From Patescibacteria group bacterium (GTDB lineage: Bacteria > Patescibacteriota > Dojkabacteria > J137): DNA of 64,000 bases. Both the position numbers and the translations under genes were made by a program. Each line of letters starts with the position of its first letter. Within the stretch, counting starts at the first letter, position 1. Below the pieces are notes generated by a model. That model had not been told where the DNA came from. It searched no databases and was given only the letters and a program-made list of their open reading frames with translations. Below are positions 56,862 to 64,000 of the stretch, piece after piece. The stretch covers positions 761,352-825,351 of the forward strand of contig BOLA01000001.1 of assembly GCA_016861265.1 (NCBI GenBank). Direction: 5' to 3'.

Positions 56862-57023
56862 TAGACTACCCCCAAACTGTTGTGGTGTCAAATGGCATAA
56901 TGTTGCACGAAAGACTTTCGAAGGGGTTTAGTTTTCACACATAAAATGTGATTAAAATTTATGTTATAGGCTAAAAATTTTACAAAGAATTTATATAAAT
57001 TTTGGAGGAAATTTTATATACAA

Positions 57024-57052
57024 AAGGGTATACCATGATTAGTAGGTATACC
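57024..57052 (-). terminator. Intrinsic terminator downstream of the NUDIX gene (gggtatacc-11 nt-ggtataccc plus TTTTGTATAT on minus)
   Basis: 9-bp perfect inverted repeat plus T-run. Confidence 0.45.
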
Positions 57053-57071
57053 CTATAGCATAGAGAATCTG

Positions 57072-57518
57072 TCACAAGCTTTTCAGAATTTCACTCTCAT
57101 CAAGATCATTATCTGTCTTACCTTGTTCTTGCATAAGCGCAATCAATTCGGATTTATCCATCCAAACTAATTCACTATCTGCATCTCTATCTTCCGGGTC
57201 ACGTTGTGTCTGTTCCACCACACTACATAAGAAGTACAATGTAGTTTTATTTACTGAATTTCCGTTATCGTCTGGAAATATAGATTGTCTCGAGCCCAAA
57301 TACCTTTCTATATAGGTTTTGTAGCCAGTCTCTGCCTCGGTGTTATGTAGAGTTTGTTCTAGTGCTGCCCCATTTGAATGCGTCTTTTTAGGCAGAAAAT
57401 ATTTACCGCCAATTCTTGCAAGTTTGTGTACAAGAATCTTGCCTTCTGAATTCAAAATAACTGCACCAACCGATAAGTGTTGTCTGTTGGTCTGGGACCA
57501 TGCGAAATAGTTATCCAT
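57072..57518 (-). CDS. NUDIX-fold hydrolase with a degenerate Nudix box
   Basis: GAVILNSEGKILV...EQTLHNTEAETGY approximates GX5EX7REUXEEXGU but lacks the Arg. Confidence 0.5.
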   Translation of the reverse strand: MDNYFAWSQTNRQHLSVGAVILNSEGKILVHKLARIGGKYFLPKKTHSNGAALEQTLHNTEAETGYKTYIERYLGSRQSIFPDDNGNSVNKTTLYFLCSVVEQTQRDPEDRDADSELVWMDKSELIALMQEQGKTDNDLDESEILKSL

Positions 57519-57582
57519 AAATTCATAATAAAATTTATTATAATGATTATACTATTATTGATATACTTGGAATAATTAACTA

Positions 57583-59058
57583 GTGATTATGGACACTCAA
57601 CTAAAATGGTTTCATGCAATTGGTGCATGTGGTAAAGCAACTGCAAATGTCGCAAAAATGTTTAAGGATATGGGTTGGTTTGTAACAGGAACCGATGTTC
57701 AATTTATTCCTCCAGCCAGTCAAATTTTAATTGATGCACAAATTCCAACTGAGGAAGGTTATCACTATACGCACTTAACTAAAAAGTTCTGGGAGCAGAA
57801 GCTAGGCAAAGAACTTAATATTCCAGATTACCCTACTTTAGGACTTATAGTTGAATCAGCAAGCTCTAAAAATAAGGAATATCTATTCGCTAAAAAACAA
57901 AATATAGATATTAGACCCTTTTCTCAGATTTTAAGAGACTATTTAGTTAAACCCGAAAGTATTGTAGTAGTAGGTACAGCTGGTAAAACCACAACTACTG
58001 CATTAACCGCATTTATGTTAAAACAACTACAATACAACCCTAGTTACATGATAGGGGCAGATGTGATTGACTTTAGTAGCGGACTGGAAAATACAAACTC
58101 AAACTACTCCGTACTAGAGGGAGACGAATACTATTCAAAAGAACTATCAACTGGAGCTAAATTTTTACAATACAAACCCAGATATGGAATTATTACAAAA
58201 ATAAGCTGGGAACATGTAGATGTTTATCCTACAGAAGAAGAATATATTAACGAATTTAAAAAATTCGTGGAGGTGATACCTTCAAATGGTCTAATTATTG
58301 CAAAGCTTCACGACAAGAATATTGATGAAGCATTAGAGAGCTTTAATGCCTCGCTTTTGCGATATTGCTATATTCAGAATGAATCTGAAATAAAGGAGGC
58401 TGCAAATTGTTTCTACATAAAAAAAACTGAATACGGCTACTCCATTTTGAATTCATCTAAAGAGGTCTTAGTTTCCGGAACAACAAATTTGTTGGGTAAT
58501 TACAATTTAGAAAATATTCTTGCAGCGTTCTTAGTCTATTCGCAAATTTTAAATTTGGAAGATTTTAATTTATTCACTCAAATTGTAGCCAAGTTTAAGG
58601 GTCCGAAAAAAAGATTAGAACATTTACTAAAGACTGATAATTTAATTGTAATCGATGATTTTGGTGTGGCTCCAGAAAGAGCTGCAAATTCTTTAATGAC
58701 ATTAAAAGAAGCTTATCCTAATTATAAAATTACCGCAGTATTCGAACCTAACTCAGGCAGCAGACCTACAGATAAAGAAGTCTTTAATAAAATTTACAAA
58801 GATTCATTTAAAGATGCATACAATATTTTAATTCCAACATTAAGCGATACACCAAATTTAATTCAGACAAATGAGTTTGTAGAAAATTTAAAAGAATTAA
58901 AATTTAACGTTGCACATATTCCAACTGAAGATTTAATTGAAGAACTAAAAAAATATACTGACGATACTAAAACATTAATCGTATTCTTTAGTGCCTATAG
59001 GCTTACCGAAATTGCACATAAATTTGTTGATGACTTAAAAAACAAACAAATTGTATAA
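57583..59058 (+). CDS. Mur ligase family protein (MurC / Mpl-type)
   Basis: N-terminal Rossmann WFHAIGACGKATANVAKMF..G..VTGTD, ATP site VVVGTAGKTTTT, C-terminal Mur ligase domain. Confidence 0.75.
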   Translation: MIMDTQLKWFHAIGACGKATANVAKMFKDMGWFVTGTDVQFIPPASQILIDAQIPTEEGYHYTHLTKKFWEQKLGKELNIPDYPTLGLIVESASSKNKEYLFAKKQNIDIRPFSQILRDYLVKPESIVVVGTAGKTTTTALTAFMLKQLQYNPSYMIGADVIDFSSGLENTNSNYSVLEGDEYYSKELSTGAKFLQYKPRYGIITKISWEHVDVYPTEEEYINEFKKFVEVIPSNGLIIAKLHDKNIDEALESFNASLLRYCYIQNESEIKEAANCFYIKKTEYGYSILNSSKEVLVSGTTNLLGNYNLENILAAFLVYSQILNLEDFNLFTQIVAKFKGPKKRLEHLLKTDNLIVIDDFGVAPERAANSLMTLKEAYPNYKITAVFEPNSGSRPTDKEVFNKIYKDSFKDAYNILIPTLSDTPNLIQTNEFVENLKELKFNVAHIPTEDLIEELKKYTDDTKTLIVFFSAYRLTEIAHKFVDDLKNKQIV

Positions 59059-59067
59059 TCAATTTCA

Positions 59068-59970
59068 ATGCAGTCAGCCAAATCAATCTTATTAAACAAT
59101 CCATTAACTACTAATTCACAAGAAGCTCCTAAACGTAGAGCCAAAAATGAATTCCAAGCCTACGCGTATAAGCTTGCCCACGATTTAAATGATCTTGATC
59201 ATTTAAAAATATACTTAGTACTAGCAAAAAAGGTTGAGAGACCATTAATGGAACAAGCCTATAGTTACGTTTCGGATTCTAATACAGAAGATAGAGGAAA
59301 ATTATTTCTATGGAAATTAAAAAAGATTCGAGAACAAATCGAGAGAGAACGTAATAAGAAGAACTTTAAATACGATTATGTAATAAAAAAACAAAAAGAG
59401 TTTAAGAAAATCTTTGCTAATGAAATTGTATTGAAGCAGGATTCAGAAATAACCGATCTAATTGTAGATAATTTAAAAAAATATTTAATTCCAAATAAAA
59501 AGGTTTTAGTCTTAGGCAATACATCTAGGAGAATTTATAAAGTAATTGAACATACAAAACCTAAGGCTACAATAGTTGAGCTATCGCCTGAAATTAATAA
59601 AATAAATAACTCTAACAAGGCCAAAGTAATTAATAAGGATTTTTTAAAGAATGTATATAAGGACAATTACTTTGACATTATTTTAATAAATAACTTTTGG
59701 GGCCAAATTCCTACAGAATCAGAAATTACATTCTTAAAAGAAATTCAAAGAGTTGCAAAAAAGAATTCAATACTCATAGTCTTATGTAAGTGCAGTAGCA
59801 AGTGTGACGAATTATGGAAAGAATTTGAATATAGGAAAAAAATATATTTGGGCTATACAAAATCTTTTACTCAGGAAAGTTTAGATGAACAATTGGAAAA
59901 ATTTGAATTAAAAATGGATAAGCAATATTTAGATGGAGGATATTGTTTAAACATATATTTAAATTCTTAA
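59068..59970 (+). CDS. Hypothetical protein with a C-terminal Rossmann / methyltransferase-like fold
   Basis: KVLVLGNTSRRIY...DIILINNFW suggests a class I MTase-like core. Lys-rich N-terminus. Confidence 0.35.
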   Translation: MQSAKSILLNNPLTTNSQEAPKRRAKNEFQAYAYKLAHDLNDLDHLKIYLVLAKKVERPLMEQAYSYVSDSNTEDRGKLFLWKLKKIREQIERERNKKNFKYDYVIKKQKEFKKIFANEIVLKQDSEITDLIVDNLKKYLIPNKKVLVLGNTSRRIYKVIEHTKPKATIVELSPEINKINNSNKAKVINKDFLKNVYKDNYFDIILINNFWGQIPTESEITFLKEIQRVAKKNSILIVLCKCSSKCDELWKEFEYRKKIYLGYTKSFTQESLDEQLEKFELKMDKQYLDGGYCLNIYLNS

Positions 59971-60036
59971 GTATGATTGAGTATTGAAGTATAAGTTAAG
60001 GAGGGTCGTTTAACCCTCCAAACGGACAATAGTCCA

Positions 60037-60282
60037 CTAGTCGCCATTTGCTGCAAGCAGCACATAGTCGACATTAAGAAGGTTGCATTCCAGACGGCTC
60101 AGCAGCCATTTGGGAGCAATACGGCGCGGAACTGACAAACCTGCAAGTGGAATCCATGTGGTCTGAAACGGCACTGCGACAAACAGCACAATCCAGAATC
60201 CACTTATAATTCCTACAACCAGTGTCAGTATTGCGGGCAGTAAATACCACCCTAAAGCACCAACTATCCGTACAAATCTCAT
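60037..60282 (-). CDS. Small 2-TM membrane peptide (81 aa) in a high-GC islet
   Basis: GC about 50-55% over 60000-60330. Hairpin ggagggt-cgttta-accctcc at 60000-60021 just downstream. Confidence 0.4.
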   Translation of the reverse strand: MRFVRIVGALGWYLLPAILTLVVGIISGFWIVLFVAVPFQTTWIPLAGLSVPRRIAPKWLLSRLECNLLNVDYVLLAANGD

Positions 60283-60377
60283 GCGACACCTCTTTAATTC
60301 TGATGACGTTAGATTTTAGCATCAGTTCACGGTTTTAGGCTAGCGTGGTAATATGTATTAATTATTAGCCTATTGCT

Positions 60378-61040
60378 ATGCCTATAAAAATAGATTCAAG
60401 TTGGGAATCTGTCCTAAAAGATGAATTTGAGAAGCCATACTTTAAAGCATTAACCGAATTTATAAAGCAGGAGTATTCAACTAAGACTGTTTATCCACCT
60501 GGTCCATTAATATTTAAAGCGTTTAATGAATGTCCATTTGATGAATTAAAAGTAGTGATACTAGGCCAAGACCCATATCATACTCCCGGTGTAGCAAATG
60601 GCCTTAGTTTTTCTGCTAATCCTGATAAGAAAGTACCTCCATCTTTACAAAATATATATAAAGAATTAAATGCAGATTTGGGCGTGCCAATTTCCACAAA
60701 TCCCGACTTAACTAAATGGGCAGAACAAGGGGTGCTGCTTTTAAATGCCACGTTAACAGTGGTTAAAGGGCAAGCTGGTTCGCACCAGGGTAAAGGCTGG
60801 GAGGAATTTACTAACAAAGTAATCGAAATAATATCTAATAAAAAAGAAAACTTAGTATTTATTTTGTGGGGAGCCTACGCACAAAAGAAAGAAGTTTTAA
60901 TTGATTCTACAAAACACTTTGTAATTAAGTCGCCGCACCCTTCACCATTTAGTGCGCATAACGGTTTTTTTGGAAGTAAGCCTTTTAGTAAAACCAATCG
61001 TTATTTGAGTGACAAAGGTTTGACACCAATAAATTGGTAA
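60378..61040 (+). CDS. ung: Uracil-DNA glycosylase, family 1
   Basis: GQDPYH water-activating motif, Pro-rich loop, HPSPFS leucine-loop region. Confidence 0.85.
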   Translation: MPIKIDSSWESVLKDEFEKPYFKALTEFIKQEYSTKTVYPPGPLIFKAFNECPFDELKVVILGQDPYHTPGVANGLSFSANPDKKVPPSLQNIYKELNADLGVPISTNPDLTKWAEQGVLLLNATLTVVKGQAGSHQGKGWEEFTNKVIEIISNKKENLVFILWGAYAQKKEVLIDSTKHFVIKSPHPSPFSAHNGFFGSKPFSKTNRYLSDKGLTPINW

Positions 61041-61085
61041 TTTAAACTAAGAATTGATCAGCCATACTATTCGTTAAATTTAATC

Positions 61086-61976
61086 TTGAACCGATCAGAG
61101 TTTTATAACGAACCATTACTTTTACCTGGTGCTGTTACAAATCCGGCACGCTATAAACTACCCTCTGAATTAATTAGATTTCCGTTTGACCTACCTGCAC
61201 CCGAGGAATTACCAATTAAATACGAACTACCTCAAATCGAAGATAGCTCAGAAGCTTTTCTACCGGGAGTAGAACATAGAGATAAACTTGAGTTAAGTTC
61301 AATTCCGTCTCCATACCGAAATACGGTAAGGTATATTCATTCAGGAATCTCCCCCAGATTTAGCAATGGATATTTAATATTGAGTTCTAACGGACGAGAT
61401 ATTCACCATATTGTTAAAAGAAGTTACGTACAAGCTGGCATGGATTACGCACGAGACTTATTACCATTTAATGGAGCTATTAAACAAACATTCGATATGA
61501 TGTTAAGGCAGCATCGCTCAGCTCCCAAATCAGGAAATGGTAATCTTTTAATTAATTTAATTCCTCTTGATTATTCTTTTCACCACAGATTCATTGAGGA
61601 AAGACCATACGATCACTCTGTAAGGGTGCGTTTTCATGGCGAAAACCATGTATTTACGTTACCCGAATTATTAATGGGTTTTAATATTTTTAATTTGAAT
61701 TTAAGATTCGATAGATTATGGCAGTTTATTGAGATAGGTTTAGTAAAAGCACAAGAAAGTGCTCAAATATATAAGGATTCTGAATTTATTCCACCAGAAA
61801 GTAGGAATGTATTTAGGGATGTTGCGTCGTGGGAGCAAATGTTAATAGAGTTACCACGAATACCTATAGTAGCAGAGGAAATTCAAGCTGATCATCCTAT
61901 ACTCTATTCTATTTGGGAAGCAACAATTGGGCCTTTGGAATATAGAAGAAATTCAATAGTAAGTTACGAACAATAG
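61086..61976 (+). CDS. Hypothetical protein (296 aa)
   Basis: Clean ORF, no motif recognised. Confidence 0.5.
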   Translation: MNRSEFYNEPLLLPGAVTNPARYKLPSELIRFPFDLPAPEELPIKYELPQIEDSSEAFLPGVEHRDKLELSSIPSPYRNTVRYIHSGISPRFSNGYLILSSNGRDIHHIVKRSYVQAGMDYARDLLPFNGAIKQTFDMMLRQHRSAPKSGNGNLLINLIPLDYSFHHRFIEERPYDHSVRVRFHGENHVFTLPELLMGFNIFNLNLRFDRLWQFIEIGLVKAQESAQIYKDSEFIPPESRNVFRDVASWEQMLIELPRIPIVAEEIQADHPILYSIWEATIGPLEYRRNSIVSYEQ

Positions 61977-62945
61977 TTATTTTGTACTCTCAATTCTAAC
62001 CCAAGTTTTTACAAAGTCTTTTTTTACAATCTTTCTATCCCAGAATATTTTTAGCCATAACCATAATCTTATTGGGTAAAGCATTAAAGACCAGAATAAC
62101 TGCCTTATGTTCTTGGCATATTTTATTGGAAACCAGAAATATTCCAGCTCTCTACCGAATGTTCTTGTTTTTGTGTCTGGTTTTACAATATTGTACTGCC
62201 AAAGCTGAATGTAGCCTCCAGTGGATCTAGCCTTTTGCTTAAAGTAATCACTTAGGTTTGTAGGGTATTTAACGTATGCTACTGCGTCGTTGGCGTATTC
62301 AATCTTACCGCCATTATTGTGCACTATGTAAGAAATATATGCGTCATCTACCAGACAATCTACCGGGAACCTAATGTCGGTCTTTCGTACTGCATAAATG
62401 TAGCCGCTTACTGGAAAGAAACTTCTTTTTTTTACGAAGGTCATTCCTTTTCCCACAGGTGAATCGGTTAGGTCAACATTACGCTTGTGATTTGCTGCAT
62501 CACTTAACAGATGGCCAAAATAGCCCATCATAGAATCTTTTGAATCTGCAGACTTGGGTCTTCCTGTAACTAATTCAACATTGGAGTCTTCAAAATGTTT
62601 TACTAAGTTCGCAACTGCCTTTTCACCAAAGTAAACATCTCCATCTGTAAGAATCCAAATATCACCTTTGGCTTTGTCCATTAGCATATTCAATGCCGTA
62701 GGTTTGCCTTTGCCTGGATCTCTTAAAAAGCTAAATTTTGCTTCTAGACCCATTACTCCAATTTGAGCTTGTGCAGCCTGAAAGGTGGCATCGTCGGGGC
62801 AGGCAAGTAAAATTTCGAAATTATTGGATATACCCGAATATTGCCCATCAGCAATACTTTGGATGCACTTAGCAATAGTTTTTTCTTCTTTAAATGCTGT
62901 TATAAGGACTGAAATCATGAATTTATTATAGCAATAACTTGTCAT
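61977..62945 (-). CDS. Family 2 glycosyltransferase
   Basis: ISVLITAFKEE N-terminal GT-A signature, DGD (DxD) motif. 322 aa. Confidence 0.75.
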   Translation of the reverse strand: MTSYCYNKFMISVLITAFKEEKTIAKCIQSIADGQYSGISNNFEILLACPDDATFQAAQAQIGVMGLEAKFSFLRDPGKGKPTALNMLMDKAKGDIWILTDGDVYFGEKAVANLVKHFEDSNVELVTGRPKSADSKDSMMGYFGHLLSDAANHKRNVDLTDSPVGKGMTFVKKRSFFPVSGYIYAVRKTDIRFPVDCLVDDAYISYIVHNNGGKIEYANDAVAYVKYPTNLSDYFKQKARSTGGYIQLWQYNIVKPDTKTRTFGRELEYFWFPIKYAKNIRQLFWSLMLYPIRLWLWLKIFWDRKIVKKDFVKTWVRIESTK

Positions 62946-62956
62946 AATTATACTTC

Positions 62957-63688
62957 TTATTCACCCAGTAGATCTTTTAATACATCATTTCTGTTGTCTA
63001 GAAAGTATTTAGTAAGTTGAAAGTGTGGGGTGTTTTCGTAATTTGACTTTTTTAGAGAATTATCTTCAATAAAAAAAATATCAGCATCAGGATAACCCAT
63101 AATTATTGGGGAGTGTGTAGTTATTATGAACTGAGAATTATTCTTGACTAATTTGTGCATCAGCACTAAGAATTTAAACTGGTTTGCTGGAGATAAGGCA
63201 GCTTCCGGTTCGTCTAGAATGTAGAGTCCGTTACCTTTGAAACGGTTCTCAATCAATGATATAAAGGATTCACCATGGGATTGATGATGTAGGGATTTGT
63301 TTCCATATAGTGAACTAGCAAAATTTAGATTATCTATCTCTGTTGCAACGTTATAGAAGGTTTCAGCTCTTAAGAAAAACCCATCTCTTGGTAGGGTTAG
63401 ACCTTTGTGAATTTTGATAAATTCACTTAATTGTGAGTGAGTTTCTTTTGTGTAAAAATCAAAATTTTTTGAGCCCCCCTCAGGATTAAAACCACTTGCA
63501 ATAGCAATAGCTTCTAGTAAAGTGGATTTTCCAGCGCCATTTTCTCCTACAAAAAATGTTACTTTAGGGTGCATTACTATATTCCCTAACTTTTGTATGA
63601 TTGGTAAGTTGAATGGGTAACCTTTTGGAAGATTAGATTTGTCGATGGTTACATCTAAAATATAATGCTTAGCATCAATTGTTTTCAT
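62957..63688 (-). CDS. Stand-alone ABC-type / AAA_21-like ATPase (243 aa)
   Basis: Walker A GENGAGKST, Q-loop, signature-like HGESF, Walker B LYILDEPEAALSP, H-loop TTHSP. Confidence 0.65.
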   Translation of the reverse strand: MKTIDAKHYILDVTIDKSNLPKGYPFNLPIIQKLGNIVMHPKVTFFVGENGAGKSTLLEAIAIASGFNPEGGSKNFDFYTKETHSQLSEFIKIHKGLTLPRDGFFLRAETFYNVATEIDNLNFASSLYGNKSLHHQSHGESFISLIENRFKGNGLYILDEPEAALSPANQFKFLVLMHKLVKNNSQFIITTHSPIIMGYPDADIFFIEDNSLKKSNYENTPHFQLTKYFLDNRNDVLKDLLGE

Positions 63689-64000
63689 GATTAAATTTTT
63701 CTATGAGAAAATTTGCAAAATCATCAAGTTCAGATCTATATCTATTAAGTCGTTCCCTATGTTTTTCATATCGTGATGCTGATATATCACTTGGTGCTAA
63801 CCGTATTCCACCAAGCCCATTATTCCCTATTGGCTCAATTGTTAACATTACTTTCCTATCCAGATTTTTTTTCTGATAGAATTCATCTAGTAAGTCTTGT
63901 AATCTTTTACCTTCTCTTAAATTCTCTAGTGAGATTCTTTTAGATACGCTAATATTTTTTGTGAATCCGTCTAGTTTTTGATATTGTTCAACAGCGGCTT
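63676..64000 (-). CDS. Hypothetical protein, C-terminal 108 aa only (5' end beyond the window). Its stop overlaps the ATPase start (ATGA).
   Basis: Open minus-strand frame to the window edge: ...DEFYQKKNLDRKVMLTIEPIGNNGLGGIRLAPSD...FLIEKFNHENN*. Confidence 0.3.

Noticed and set aside
60074-60322. Alternative 82-aa minus-strand ORF overlapping the 2-TM peptide ORF in islet D
   Set aside because: Cys/Arg-rich without hydrophobic helices. The overlapping frame with two clean TM helices is the more plausible product.
1-64000. Search for a CRISPR array, rRNA genes, integrase/transposase/IS terminal repeats, and att-like direct repeats flanking the GC islands
   Set aside because: No regularly spaced direct repeats and no rRNA-like conserved blocks. 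No recombinase or transposase ORFs. Island A junctions showed no obvious duplicated flank by eye.

Overview
This 64 kb window comes from a low-GC bacterial chromosome, roughly 28-42% GC in the hand-counted samples, and its gene set looks streamlined. Examples are a ThrRS lacking the N-terminal TGS region, a short UvrC without the HhH tail, a 663-aa AlaRS and an ATP-dependent DNA ligase. A Patescibacteria/CPR-like organism is an inference only. The backbone is housekeeping: the rpmI-infC-thrS translation operon, clpP, mutL, murB-murA, a cluster of three tRNAs, a second tRNA-Val, nth, an N-terminal uvrB fragment, alaS behind a T-box leader, a P-type ATPase, ATP-dependent ligase, uvrC, mraY, an AI-2E transporter, nrdR-nrdJ (class II, B12-dependent RNR), a MurC/Mpl ligase, ung and a GT2 glycosyltransferase. 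A cobalamin theme recurs: a cobalamin riboswitch in front of a DUF4430 plus small membrane-protein pair (likely B12 uptake), a PduO-type adenosyltransferase and AdoCbl-dependent NrdJ. Four compositional islands stand out sharply, each at about 55-62% GC against roughly 30% in the flanks. The largest, 16.87-19.65 kb, carries a translationally coupled two-gene operon: a 200-aa protein of unknown fold followed by a 695-aa protein whose N-terminus is an unambiguous GHKL/Bergerat ATPase (MORC/MutL-like). I could not match this operon to any named system and consider it the best candidate for an undescribed defence-like module. Three smaller islets each encode a single small ORF and have a GC-rich hairpin at or near one end: a membrane protein at 35.9-36.6 kb, a very acidic protein at 50.6-51.2 kb and a 2-TM peptide at 60.0-60.3 kb. 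Other oddities are two distinct tRNA-Phe(GAA) genes (one with G37), a class-I-shaped tRNA-Tyr with a bulged T-stem, a frameshifted DUF805 gene, a sulfotransferase C-terminal fragment, and a cluster of large secreted or membrane proteins (30.7-43.3 kb) that includes a VirB6/TrbL-like polytopic protein. No CRISPR array, rRNA, integrase or transposase was seen. All calls are by eye from sequence and the ORF track; no database search was possible.
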